From contig JAUCBJ010007253.1 in assembly GCA_032718475.1 (NCBI GenBank), positions 156,974 through 220,973 of the forward strand: a stretch of 64,000 bases of DNA, in the 5' to 3' direction. The notes under the pieces were generated by a model. The model was not told where the DNA came from. It was given only the letters and a program-made list of their open reading frames with translations, and did not search any database. Every line of letters begins with the position of its first letter. The first letter of the stretch is position 1. The DNA comes from Nemertoderma westbladi. Its lineage: Eukaryota > Animalia > Xenacoelomorpha. Position numbers and translations under genes: made by a program. Below, one piece after another: positions 1 to 15,000 of the stretch.

Positions 1-3000
1 TAATATAAACTAAACTTCTTTTGAGTTGGCTATTTTGTTGTAGTAATAAAAACTAACCTGGTATCTTTTGATTTGGATAGTTTTTTGTAGTAATATAAAC
101 TAAACTTCTTTTGAGTTGGCTATTTTGTTGTAGTAATAAAAACTAACCTGGTATCTTTTGATTTGGATAGTTTTTTGTAGTAATATAAACTAAACTTCTT
201 TTGAGTTGGCTATTTTGTTGTAGTAATAAAAACTAACCTGGTATCTTTTGATTTGGATAGTTTTTTGTAGTAATATAAACTAAACTTCTTTTGAGTTGGC
301 TATTTTGTTGTAGTAATAAAAACTAACCTGGTATCTTTTGATTTGGATAGTTTTTTGTAGTAATATAAACTAAACTTCTTTTGAGTTGGCTATTTTGTTG
401 TAGTAATAAAAACTAACCTGATATCTTTTGATTTGGATAGTTTTTTGTAGTAATATAAACTAAACTTCTTTTGAGTTGGCTATTTTGTTGTAGTAATAAA
501 AACTAACCTGGTATCTTTTGATTTGGATAGTTTTTTGTAGTAATATAAACTAAACTTCTTTTGAGTTGGCTATTTTGTTGTAGTAATAAAAACTAACCTG
601 GTATCCTTTTGATTTGGATAGTTTTTTGTAGTAATATAAACTAAACTTCTTTTGAGTTGGCTATTTTGTTGTAGTAATAAAAACTAACCTGATATCTTTT
701 GATTTGGATAGTTTTTTGTAGTAATATAAACTAAACTTCTTCTGAGTTGGCTATTTTATTGTAGTAATAAAAACTAACCTGATATCCTTTTGATTTGGAT
801 AGTTTTTTGTATTAATATAAACTAAACTTCTTCTGAGTTGGCTATTTTATTGTAGTAATAAAAACTAACCTGATATCTTTTGATTTGAATAGTTTTTTGT
901 ATTAATATAAACTAAACTTCTTCTGAGTTGGCTATTTTATTGTAGTAATAAAAACTAACCTGGTATCCTTTTGATTTGGATAGTTTTTTGTATTAATATA
1001 AACTAAACTTCTTCTGAGTTGGCTATTTCGTTGTAGTAATAAAAACTAACCTGGTATCCTTTTGATTTGGATAGTTTTTTGTATTAATATAAACTAAACT
1101 TCTTCTGAGTTGGCTATTTTATTGTAGTAATAAAAACTAACCTGGTATCCTTTTGATTTGGATAGTTTTTTGTATTAATATAAACTAAACTTCTTCTGAG
1201 TTGGCTATTTTGTTGTAGTAATAAAAACTAACCTGGTATCCTTTTGATTTGGATAGTTTTTTGTATTAATATAAACTAAACTTCTTCTGAGTTGGCTATT
1301 TTATTGTAGTAATAAAAACTAACCTGGTATCCTTTTGATTTGGATAGTTTTTTGTATTAATATAAACTAAACTTCTTCTGAGTTGGCTATTTTATTGTAG
1401 TAATAAAAACTAACCTGATATCCTTTTGATTTGGATAGTTTTTTGTATTAATATAAACTAAACTTCTTTTGAGTTGGCTATTTTGTTGTAGTAATAAAAA
1501 CTAACCTGATATCTTTTGATTTGGATAGTTTTTTGTAGTAATATAAACTAAACTTCTTTTGAGTTGGCTATTTTGTTGTAGTAATAAAAACTAACCTGGT
1601 ATCCTTTTGATTTGGATAGTTTTTTGTAGTAATATAAACTAAACTTCTTTTGAGTTGGCTATTTTGTTGTAGTAATAAAAACTAACCTGATATCTTTTGA
1701 TTTGGATAGTTTTTTGTAGTAATATAAACTAAACTTCTTCTGAGTTGGCTATTTTATTGTAGTAATAAAAACTAACCTGATATCCTTTTGATTTGGATAG
1801 TTTTTTGTATTAATATAAACTAAACTTCTTCTGAGTTGGCTATTTTATTGTAGTAATAAAAACTAACCTGATATCTTTTGATTTGAATAGTTTTTTGTAT
1901 TAATATAAACTAAACTTCTTCTGAGTTGGCTATTTTATTGTAGTAATAAAAACTAACCTGGTATCCTTTTGATTTGGATAGTTTTTTGTATTAATATAAA
2001 CTAAACTTCTTCTGAGTTGGCTATTTCGTTGTAGTAATAAAAACTAACCTGGTATCTTTTGATTTGGATAGTTTTTTGTATTAATATAAACTAAACTTCT
2101 TCTGAGTTGGCTATTTTATTGTAGTAATAAAAACTAACCTGGTATCCTTTTGATTTGGATAGTTTTTTGTATTAATATAAACTAAACTTCTTCTGAGTTG
2201 GCTAATTTGTTGTAGTAATAAAAACTAACCTGGTATCTTTTGATTTGGATAGTTTTTTGTAGTAATATAAACTAAACTTCTTCTGAGTTGGTTATTTTGT
2301 TGTAGTAATAAAAACTAACCTGATATCTTTTGATTTGGATAGTTTTTTGTAGTTATATAAACTAAACTTCTTCTGAGTTGGCTATTTTATTGTAGTAATA
2401 AAAACTAACCTGGTATCTTTTGATTTGGATAGTTTTTTGTAGTAATATAAACTAAACTTCTTCTGAGTTGGTTATTTTGTTGTAGTAATAAAAACTAACC
2501 TGATATCTTTTGATTTGGATAGTTTTTTGTAGTTATATAAACTAAACTTCTTCTGAGTTGGTTATTTTGTTGTAGTAATAAAAACTAACCTGATATCTTT
2601 TGATTTGGATAGTTTTTTGTAGTAATATAAACTAAACTTCTTCTGAGTTGGTTATTTTGTTGTAGTAATAAAAACTAACCTGATATCTTTTGATTTGGAT
2701 AGTTTTTTGTAGTAATATAAACTAAACTTCTTCTGAGTTGGCTATTTTATTGTAGTAATAAAAACTAACCTGGTATCTTTTGATTTGGATAGTTTTTTGT
2801 AGTAATATAAACTAAACTTCTTCTGAGTTGGTTATTTTGTTGTAGTAATAAAAACTAACCTGATATCTTTTGATTTGGATAGTTTTTTGTAGTTATATAA
2901 ACTAAACTTCTTCTGAGTTGGTTATTTTGTTGTAGTAATAAAAACTAACCTGATATCTTTTGATTTGGATAGTTTTTTGTAGTAATATAAACTAAACTTC

Positions 3001-6000
3001 TTCTGAGTTGGTTATTTTGTTGTAGTAATAAAAACTAACCTGATATCTTTTGATTTGGATAGTTTTTTGTAGTTATATAAACTAAACTTCTTCTGGGTTG
3101 GCTATTTTGTTGTAGTAATAAAAACTAACCTGATATCTTTTGATTTGGATAGTTTTTTGTATTAATATAAACTAAACTTCTTTTGAGTTGGCTAATTTAT
3201 TGTAGTAATAAAAACTAACCTGATATCCTTTTGATTTGGATAGTTTTTTGTATTAATATAAACTAAACTTCTTCTGAGTTGGCTATTTTGTTGTAGTAAT
3301 AAAAACTAACCTGATATCTTTTGATTTGGATAGTTTTTTGTAGTAATATAAACTAAACTTCTTTTGAGTTGGCTAATTTATTGTAGTAATAAAAACTAAC
3401 CTGATATCCTTTTGATTTGGATAGTTTTTTGTATTAATATAAACTAAACTTCTTCTGAGTTGGCTATTTTGTTGTAGTAATAAAAACTAACCTGATATCT
3501 TTTGATTTGGATAGTTTTTTGTAGTAATATAAACTAAACTTCTTTTGAGTTGGCTATTTCGTTGTAGTAATAAAAACTAACCTGATATCTTTTGATTTGG
3601 ATAGTTTTTTGTATTAATATAAACTAAACTTCTTCTGAGTTGGCTATTTTGTTGTAGTAATAAAAACTAACCTGGTATCCTTTTGATTTGGATAGTTTTT
3701 TGTATTAATATAAACTAAACTTCTTCTGAGTTGGCTATTTTATTGTAGTAATAAAAACTAACCTGATATCCTTTTGATTTGGATAGTTTTTTGTATTAAT
3801 ATAAACTAAACTTCTTCTGAGTTGGCTATTTTGTTGTAGTAATAAAAACTAACCTGATATCTTTTGATTTGGATAGTTTTTTGTAGTAATATAAACTAAA
3901 CTTCTTTTGAGTTGGCTATTTCGTTGTAGTAATAAAAACTAACCTGATATCTTTTGATTTGGATAGTTTTTTGTATTAATATAAACTAAACTTCTTCTGA
4001 GTTGGCTATTTTGTTGTAGTAATAAAAACTAACCTGGTATCCTTTTGATTTGGATAGTTTTTTGTATTAATATAAACTAAACTTCTTCTGAGTTGGCTAT
4101 TTTATTGTAGTAATAAAAACTAACCTGATATCCTTTTGATTTGGATAGTTTTTTGTATTAATATAAACTAAACTTCTTCTGAGTTGGTTATTTTGTTGTA
4201 GTAATAAAAACTAACCTGATATCTTTTGATTTGGATAGTTTTTTGTATTAATATAAACTAAACTTCTTCTGAGTTGGTTATTTTGTTGTAGTAATAAAAA
4301 CTAACCTGATATCTTTTGATTTGGATAGTTTTTTGTATTAATATAAACTAAACTTCTTCTGAGTTGGTTATTTTGTTGTAGTAATAAAAACTAACCTGAT
4401 ATCTTTTGATTTGGATAGTTTTTTGTATTAATATAAACTAAACTTCTTCTGAGTTGGTTATTTTGTTATAGTAATAAAAACTAACCTGATATCTTTTGAT
4501 TTGGATAGTTTTTTGTATTAATATAAACTAAACTTCTTCTGAGTTGGCTATTTCGTTGTAGTAATAAAAACTAACCTGATATCTTTTTGATTTGAATAGT
4601 TTTTTGTATTAATATAAACTAAACTTCTTCTGAGTTGGCTATTTCGTTGTAGTAATAAAAACTAACCTGATATCTTTTGATTTGGATAGTTTTTTGTATT
4701 AATATAAACTAAACTTCTTCTGAGTTGGCTATTTTATTGTAGTAATAAAAACTAACCTGATATCCTTTTGATTTGGATAGTTTTTTGTATTAATATAAAC
4801 TAAACTTCTTCTGAGTTGGCTATTTTATTGTAGTAATAAAAACTAACCTGGTATCCTTTTGATTTGGATAGTGTTTTGTATTAATATAAACTAAACTTCT
4901 TCTGAGTTGGCTATTTTATTGTAGTAATAAAAACTAACCTGGTATCCTTTTGATTTGGATAGTTTTTTGTATTAATATAAACTAAACTTCTTTTGAGTTG
5001 GCTATTTTGTTGTAGTAATAAAAACTAACCTGGTATCCTTTTGATTTGGATAGTTTTTTGTATTAATATAAACTAAACTTCTTCTGAGTTGGCTATTTTA
5101 TTGTAGTAATAAAAACTAACCTGATATCCTTTTGATTTGGATAGTTTTTTGTATTAATATAAACTAAACTTCTTCTGAGTTGGCTATTTTATTGTAGTAA
5201 TAAAAACTAACCTGATATCCTTTTGATTTGGATAGTTTTTTGTATTAATATAAACTAAACTTCTTCTGAGTTGGCTATTTTGTTGTAGTAATAAAAACTA
5301 ACCTGATATCTTTTGATTTGGATAGTTTTTTGTATTAATATAAACTAAACTTCTTCTGAGTTGGCTATTTTATTGTAGTAATAAAAACTAACCTGGTATC
5401 CTTTTGATTTGGATAGTTTTTTGTATTAATATAAACTAAACTTCTTCTGAGTTGGCTATTTCGTTGTAGTAATAAAAACTAACCTGGTATCTTTTGATTT
5501 GGATAGTTTTTTGTATTAATATAAACTAAACTTCTTCTGAGTTGGCTATTTTGTTGTAGTAATAAAAACTAACCTGATATCCTTTTGATTTGGATAGTTT
5601 TTTGTATTAATATAAACTAAACTTCTTCTGAGTTGGCTATTTTGTTGTAGTAATAAAAACTAACCTGATATCTTTTGATTTGGATAGTTTTTTGTAGTAA
5701 TATAAACTAAACTTCTTTTGAGTTGGCTATTTCGTTGTAGTAATAAAAACTAACCTGATATCTTTTGATTTGGATAGTTTTTTGTATTAATATAAACTAA
5801 ACTTCTTCTGAGTTGGCTATTTTATTGTAGTAATAAAAACTAACCTGATATCCTTTTGATTTGGATAGTTTTTTGTATTAATATAAACTAAACTTCTTCT
5901 GAGTTGGCTATTTTGTTGTAGTAATAAAAACTAACCTGATATCTTTTGATTTGGATAGTTTTTTGTAGTAATATAAACTAAACTTCTTTTGAGTTGGCTA

Positions 6001-9000
6001 TTTCGTTGTAGTAATAAAAACTAACCTGATATCTTTTGATTTGGATAGTTTTTTGTATTAATATAAACTAAACTTCTTCTGAGTTGGCTATTTTATTGTA
6101 GTAATAAAAACTAACCTGATATCCTTTTGATTTGGATAGTTTTTTGTATTAATATAAACTAAACTTCTTCTGAGTTGGCTATTTTGTTGTAGTAATAAAA
6201 ACTAACCTGATATCTTTTGATTTGGATAGTTTTTTGTAGTAATATAAACTAAACTTCTTTTGAGTTGGCTATTTCGTTGTAGTAATAAAAACTAACCTGA
6301 TATCTTTTGATTTGGATAGTTTTTTGTATTAATATAAACTAAACTTCTTCTGAGTTGGCTATTTTATTGTAGTAATAAAAACTAACCTGGTATCCTTTTG
6401 ATTTGGATAGTTTTTTGTATTAATATAAACTAAACTTCTTCTGAGTTGGCTATTTTATTGTAGTAATAAAAACTAACCTGATATCTTTTGATTTGGATAG
6501 TTTTTTGTAGTAATATAAACTAAACTTCTTTTGAGTTGGCTATTTCGTTGTAGTAATATAAACTAAACTTCTTCTGAGTTGGCTATTTTGTTGTAGTAAT
6601 AAAAACTAACCTGATATCCTTTTGATTTGGATAGTTTTTTGTATTAATATAAACTAAACTTCTTCTGAGTTGGCTATTTTGTTGTAGTAATAAAAACTAA
6701 CCTGATATCTTTTGATTTGGATAGTTTTTTGTAGTAATATAAACTAAACTTCTTTTGAGTTGGCTATTTCGTTGTAGTAATAAAAACTAACCTGATATCT
6801 TTTGATTTGGATAGTTTTTTGTATTAATATAAACTAAACTTCTTCTGAGTTGGCTATTTTGTTGTAGTAATAAAAACTAACCTGGTATCTTTTGATTTGA
6901 ATAGTTTTTTGTATTAATATAAACTAAACTTCTTCTGAGTTGGCTATTTTGTTGTAGTAATATAAACTAAACTTCTTCTGAGTTGGCTAATTTGTTGTAG
7001 TAATAAAAACTAACCTGGTATCTTTTGATTTGGATAGTTTTTTGTATTAATATAAACTAAACTTCTTCTGAGTTGGCTATTTTGTTGTAGTAATAAAAAC
7101 TAACCTGGTATCTTTTGATTTGTATAGTTTTTTGTAGTAATATAAACTAAACTTCTTCTGAGTTGGCTATTTTGTTGTAGTAATAAAAACTAACCTGGTA
7201 TCTTTTGATTTGGATAGTTTTTTGTAGTAATATAAACTAAACTTCTTCTGAGTTGGTTATTTCGTTGTAGTAATAAAAACTAACCTGGTATCTTTTGATT
7301 TGGATAGTTTTTTGTAGTAATATAAACTAAACTTCTTCTGAGTTGGTTATTTCGTTGTAGTAATAAAAACTAACCTGGTATCTTTTGATTTGGATAGTTT
7401 TTTGTATTAATATAAACTAAACTTCTTCTGAGTTGGTTATTTCGTTGTAGTAATAAAAACTAACCTGGTATCTTTTGATTTGGATAGTTTTTTGTAGTAA
7501 TATAAACTAAACTTCTTCTGAGTTGGTTATTTCGTTGTAGTAATAAAAACTAACCTGGTATCTTTTGATTTGGATAGTTTTTTGTATTAATATAAACTAA
7601 ACTTCTTCTGAGTTGGCTATTTTGTTGTAGTAATAAAAACTAACCTGATATCTTTTGATTTGTATAGTTTTTTGTATTAATATAAACTAAACTTCTTCTG
7701 AGTTGGCTATTTTGTTGTAGTAATAAAAACTAACCTGATATCTTTTGATTTGGATAGTTTTTTGTATTAATATAAACTAAACTTCTTCTGAGTTGGCTAT
7801 TTTGTTGTAGTAATAAAAACTAACCTGATATCTTTTGATTTGGATAGTTTTTTGTAGTAATATAAACTAAACTTCTTTTGAGTTGGCTATTTCGTTGTAG
7901 TAATAAAAACTAACCTGATATCTTTTGATTTGGATAGTTTTTTGTATTAATATAAACTAAACTTCTTCTGAGTTGGCTATTTTATTGTAGTAATAAAAAC
8001 TAACCTGATATCCTTTTGATTTGGATAGTTTTTTGTATTAATATAAACTAAACTTCTTCTGAGTTGGCTATTTTGTTGTAGTAATAAAAACTAACCTGAT
8101 ATCTTTTGATTTGGATAGTTTTTTGTAGTAATATAAACTAAACTTCTTTTGAGTTGGCTATTTCGTTGTAGTAATAAAAACTAACCTGATATCTTTTGAT
8201 TTGGATAGTTTTTTGTATTAATATAAACTAAACTTCTTCTGAGTTGGCTATTTTATTGTAGTAATAAAAACTAACCTGGTATCCTTTTGATTTGGATAGT
8301 TTTTTGTATTAATATAAACTAAACTTCTTCTGAGTTGGCTATTTTGTTGTAGTAATAAAAACTAACCTGATATCCTTTTGATTTGGATAGTTTTTTGTAT
8401 TAATATAAACTAAACTTCTTCTGAGTTGGCTATTTTGTTGTAGTAATAAAAACTAACCTGATATCTTTTGATTTGGATAGTTTTTTGTAGTAATATAAAC
8501 TAACCTGGTATCCTTTTGATTTGGATAGTTTTTTGTATTAATATAAACTAAACTTCTTTTGAGTTGGCTATTTTATTGTAGTAATAAAAACTAACCTGGT
8601 ATCCTTTTGATTTGGATAGTTTTTTGTATTAATATAAACTAAACTTCTTCTGAGTTGGCTATTTTGTTGTAGTAATAAAAACTAACCTGATATCCTTTTG
8701 ATTTGGATAGTTTTTTGTATTAATATAAACTAAACTTCTTCTGAGTTGGCTATTTTGTTGTAGTAATAAAAACTAACCTGATATCTTTTGATTTGGATAG
8801 TTTTTTGTAGTAATATAAACTAACCTGGTATCCTTTTGATTTGGATAGTTTTTTGTATTAATATAAACTAAACTTCTTTTGAGTTGGCTATTTTATTGTA
8901 GTAATAAAAACTAACCTGGTATCCTTTTGATTTGGATAGTTTTTTGTATTAATATAAACTAAACTTCTTTTGAGTTGGCTATTTTGTTGTAGTAATAAAA

Positions 9001-12000
9001 ACTAACCTGATATCCTTTTGATTTGGATAGTTTTTTGTATTAATATAAACTAAACTTCTTCTGAGTTGGCTATTTTGTTGTAGTAATAAAAACTAACCTG
9101 ATATCTTTTGATTTGGATAGTTTTTTGTAGTAATATAAACTAAACTTCTTTTGAGTTGGCTATTTCGTTGTAGTAATAAAAACTAACCTGATATCTTTTG
9201 ATTTGGATAGTTTTTTGTATTAATATAAACTAAACTTCTTCTGAGTTGGCTATTTTGTTGTAGTAATAAAAACTAACCTGGTATCTTTTGATTTGAATAG
9301 TTTTTTGTATTAATATAAACTAAACTTCTTCTGAGTTGGCTATTTTGTTGTAGTAATATAAACTAAACTTCTTCTGAGTTGGCTAATTTGTTGTAGTAAT
9401 AAAAACTAACCTGGTATCTTTTGATTTGGATAGTTTTTTGTATTAATATAAACTAAACTTCTTCTGAGTTGGCTATTTTGTTGTAGTAATAAAAACTAAC
9501 CTGGTATCTTTTGATTTGTATAGTTTTTTGTAGTAATATAAACTAAACTTCTTCTGAGTTGGCTATTTTGTTGTAGTAATAAAAACTAACCTGGTATCTT
9601 TTGATTTGGATAGTTTTTTGTAGTAATATAAACTAAACTTCTTCTGAGTTGGTTATTTCGTTGTAGTAATAAAAACTAACCTGGTATCTTTTGATTTGGA
9701 TAGTTTTTTGTAGTAATATAAACTAAACTTCTTCTGAGTTGGTTATTTCGTTGTAGTAATAAAAACTAACCTGGTATCTTTTGATTTGGATAGTTTTTTG
9801 TATTAATATAAACTAAACTTCTTCTGAGTTGGTTATTTCGTTGTAGTAATAAAAACTAACCTGGTATCTTTTGATTTGGATAGTTTTTTGTAGTAATATA
9901 AACTAAACTTCTTCTGAGTTGGTTATTTCGTTGTAGTAATAAAAACTAACCTGGTATCTTTTGATTTGGATAGTTTTTTGTATTAATATAAACTAAACTT
10001 CTTCTGAGTTGGCTATTTTGTTGTAGTAATAAAAACTAACCTGATATCTTTTGATTTGTATAGTTTTTTGTATTAATATAAACTAAACTTCTTCTGAGTT
10101 GGCTATTTTGTTGTAGTAATAAAAACTAACCTGATATCTTTTGATTTGTATAGTTTTTTGTATTAATATAAACTAAACTTCTTCTGAGTTGGCTATTTTG
10201 TTGTAGTAATAAAAACTAACCTGATATCCTTTTGATTTGGATAGTTTTTTGTATTAATATAAACTAAACTTCTTCTGAGTTGGCTATTTTGTTGTAGTAA
10301 TAAAAACTAACCTGATATCTTTTGATTTGTATAGTTTTTTGTATTAATATAAACTAAACTTCTTCTGAGTTGGCTATTTTGTTGTAGTAATAAAAACTAA
10401 CCTGATATCTTTTGATTTGTATAGTTTTTTGTATTAATATAAACTAAACTTCTTCTGAGTTGGTTATTTCGTTGTAGTAATAAAAACTAACCTGGTATCT
10501 TTTGATTTGGATAGTTTTTTGTATTAATATAAACTAAACTTCTTCTGAGTTGGCTATTTTGTTGTAGTAATAAAAACTAACCTGATATCCTTTTGATTTG
10601 GATAGTTTTTTGTATTAATATAAACTAAACTTCTTCTGAGTTGGCTATTTCGTTGTAGTAATAAAAACTAACCTGATATCTTTTGATTTGGATAGTTTTT
10701 TGTATTAATATAAACTAAACTTCTTCTGAGTTGGCTATTTTATTGTAGTAATAAAAACTAACCTGATATCCTTTTGATTTGGATAGTTTTTTGTATTAAT
10801 ATAAACTAAACTTCTTCTGAGTTGGTTATTTTGTTGTAGTAATAAAAACTAACCTGATATCTTTTGATTTGGATAGTTTTTTGTATTAATATAAACTAAA
10901 CTTCTTCTGAGTTGGCTATTTTGTTGTAGTAATAAAAACTAACCTGATATCCTTTTGATTTGGATAGTTTTTTGTATTAATATAAACTAAACTTCTTCTG
11001 AGTTGGCTATTTTGTTGTAGTAATAAAAACTAACCTGATATCTTTTGATTTGGATAGTTTTTTGTATTAATATAAACTAAACTTCTTCTGAGTTGGCTAT
11101 TTTGTTGTAGTAATAAAAACTAACCTGATATCCTTTTGATTTGGATAGTTTTTTGTATTAATATAAACTAAACTTCTTCTGAGTTGGCTATTTTGTTGTA
11201 GTAATAAAAACTAACCTGATATCTTTTGATTTGTATAGTTTTTTGTATTAATATAAACTAAACTTCTTCTGAGTTGGCTATTTTGTTGTAGTAATAAAAA
11301 CTAACCTGATGTCTTTTGATTTGAATAGTTTTTTGTAGTAATATAAACTAAACTTCTTTTGAGTTGGCTATTTCGTTGTAGTAATAAAAACTAACCTGAT
11401 ATCTTTTGATTTGGATAGTTTTTTGTAGTAATATAAACTAAACTTCTTCTGAGTTGGCTATTTTATTGTAGTAATAAAAACGAACCTGATATCTTTTGAT
11501 TTGGATAGTTTTTTGTAGTAATATAAACTAAACTTCTTCTGAGTTGGCTATTTTGTTGTAGTAATAAAAACTAACCTGATGTCTTTTGATTTGAATAGTT
11601 TTTTGTAGTAATATAAACTAAACTTCTTTTGAGTTGGCTATTTCGTTGTAGTAATAAAAACTAACCTGATATCTTTTGATTTGAATAGTTTTTTGTAGTA
11701 ATATAAACTAAACTTCTTCTGAGTTGGCTATTTTGTTGTAGTAATAAAAACTAACCTGATATCTTTTGATTTGGATAGTTTTTTGTAGTAATATAAACTA
11801 AACTTCTTTTGAGTTGGCTATTTCGTTGTAGTAATAAAAACTAACCTGATATCTTTTGATTTGAATAGTTTTTTGTAGTAATATAAACTAAACTTCTTCT
11901 GAGTTGGTTATTTCGTTGTAGTAATAAAAACTAACCTGATATCTTTTGATTTGGATAGTTTTTTGTATTAATATAAACTAAACTTCTTTTGAGTTGGCTA

Positions 12001-15000
12001 TTTTGTTGTAGTAATAAAAACTAACCTGATATCTTTTGATTTGGATAGTTTTTTGTAGTAATATAAACTAAACTTCTTCTGAGTTGGCTATTTTGTTGTA
12101 GTAATAAAAACTAACCTGATATCTTTTGATTTGGATAGTTTTTTGTAGTAATATAAACTAAACTTCTTTTGAGTTGGCTATTTCGTTGTAGTAATAAAAA
12201 CTAACCTGATATCTTTTGATTTGAATAGTTTTTTGTAGTAATATAAACTAAACTTCTTCTGAGTTGGTTATTTCGTTGTAGTAATAAAAACTAACCTGAT
12301 ATCTTTTGATTTGGATAGTTTTTTGTATTAATATAAACTAAACTTCTTCTGAGTTGGCTATTTTGTTGTAGTAATAAAAACTAACCTGATATCTTTTGAT
12401 TTGAATAGTTTTTTGTAGTAATATAAACTAAACTTCTTCTGAGTTGGTTATTTCGTTGTAGTAATAAAAACTAACCTGATATCTTTTGATTTGGATAGTT
12501 TTTTGTATTAATATAAACTAAACTTCTTTTGAGTTGGCTATTTTGTTGTAGTAATAAAAACTAACCTGATATCTTTTGATTTGGATAGTTTTTTGTAGTA
12601 ATATAAACTAAACTTCTTCTGAGTTGGCTATTTTGTTGTAGTAATAAAAACTAACCTGATATCTTTTGATTTGGATAGTTTTTTGTATTAATATAAACTA
12701 AACTTCTTTTGAGTTGGCTATTTCGTTGTAGTAATAAAAACTAACCTGATATCTTTTGATTTGATTAGTTTTTTGTAGTAATATAAACTAACTTGTATCT
12801 TGGGAGTTTGGTAGTGTTTTGTAGTAATATAAACCAACCTTATATCTTCTGAGTTCGGTAGTGTTTTGTATTAATATAAACTAACTTGTATCTTGAGAGT
12901 TTGGTAGTGTTTTGTAGTAATAAAAACTAACCTGATATCTTTTGATTTGATTAGTTTTTTGTAGTAATATAAACTAAACTTCTTCTGAGTTGGTTATTTT
13001 GTTGTAGTAATAAAAACTAACCTGGTATCTTTTGATTTGGATAGTTTTTTGTATTAATATAAACTAAACTTCTTCTGAGTTGGCTATTTTGTTGTAGTAA
13101 TAAAAACTAACCTGATGTCTTTTGATTTGAATAGTTTTTTGTAGTAATATAAACTAAACTTCTTTTGAGTTGGCTATTTCGTTGTAGTAATAAAAACTAA
13201 CCTGATATCTTTTGATTTGAATAGTTTTTTGTAGTAATATAAACTAAACTTCTTCTGAGTTGGCTATTTTGTTGTAGTAATAAAAACTAACCTGATATCT
13301 TTTGATTTGGATAGTTTTTTGTAGTAATATAAACTAAACTTCTTTTGAGTTGGCTATTTCGTTGTAGTAATAAAAACTAACCTGATATCTTTTGATTTGA
13401 ATAGTTTTTTGTATTAATATAAACTAAACTTCTTCTGAGTTGGCTATTTTGTTGTAGTAATAAAAACTAACCTGATGTCTTTTGATTTGAATAGTTTTTT
13501 GTAGTAATATAAACTAAACTTCTTTTGAGTTGGCTATTTCGTTGTAGTAATAAAAACTAACCTGATATCTTTTGATTTGAATAGTTTTTTGTAGTAATAT
13601 AAACTAAACTTCTTCTGAGTTGGTTATTTTGTTGTAGTAATAAAAACTAACCTGGTATCTTTTGATTTGGATAGTTTTTTGTATTAATATAAACTAAACT
13701 TCTTCTGAGTTGGCTATTTTATTGTAGTAATAAAAACTAACCTGATATCTTTTGATTTGAATAGTTTTTTGTAGTAATATAAACTAAACTTCTTCTGAGT
13801 TGGTTATTTTGTTGTAGTAATAAAAACTAACCTGGTATCTTTTGATTTGGATAGTTTTTTGTATTAATATAAACTAAACTTCTTCTGAGTTGGCTATTTT
13901 GTTGTAGTAATAAAAACTAACCTGATGTCTTTTGATTTGAATAGTTTTTTGTAGTAATATAAACTAAACTTCTTCTGAGTTGGCTATTTTGTTGTAGTAA
14001 TAAAAACTAACCTGATGTCTTTTGATTTGAATAGTTTTTTGTAGTAATATAAACTAAACTTCTTTTGAGTTGGCTATTTCGTTGTAGTAATAAAAACTAA
14101 CCTGATATCTTTTGATTTGAATAGTTTTTTGTAGTAATATAAACTAAACTTCTTCTGAGTTGGTTATTTTGTTGTAGTAATAAAAACTAACCTGGTATCT
14201 TTTGATTTGGATAGTTTTTTGTATTAATATAAACTAAACTTCTTCTGAGTTGGCTATTTTATTGTAGTAATAAAAACTAACCTGATATCTTTTGATTTGA
14301 ATAGTTTTTTGTAGTAATATAAACTAAACTTCTTCTGAGTTGGTTATTTTGTTGTAGTAATAAAAACTAACCTGGTATCTTTTGATTTGGATAGTTTTTT
14401 GTATTAATATAAACTAAACTTCTTTTGAGTTGGCTATTTCGTTGTAGTAATAAAAACTAACCTGATATCTTTTGATTTGAATAGTTTTTTGTAGTAATAT
14501 AAACTAAACTTCTTCTGAGTTGGTTATTTTGTTGTAGTAATAAAAACTAACCTGGTATCTTTTGATTTGGATAGTTTTTTGTATTAATATAAACTAAACT
14601 TCTTCTGAGTTGGCTATTTTGTTGTAGTAATAAAAACTAACCTGATGTCTTTTGATTTGAATAGTTTTTTGTAGTAATATAAACTAAACTTCTTTTGAGT
14701 TGGCTATTTCGTTGTAGTAATAAAAACTAACCTGATATCTTTTGATTTGAATAGTTTTTTGTAGTAATATAAACTAAACTTCTTCTGAGTTGGCTATTTT
14801 GTTGTAGTAATAAAATCTAACCTGATATCTTTTGATTTGGATAGTTTTTTGTAGTAATATAAACTAAACTTCTTTTGAGTTGGCTATTTCGTTGTAGTAA
14901 TAAAAACTAACCTGATATCTTTTGATTTGAATAGTTTTTTGTATTAATATAAACTAAACTTCTTCTGAGTTGGCTATTTCGTTGTAGTAATAAAAACTAA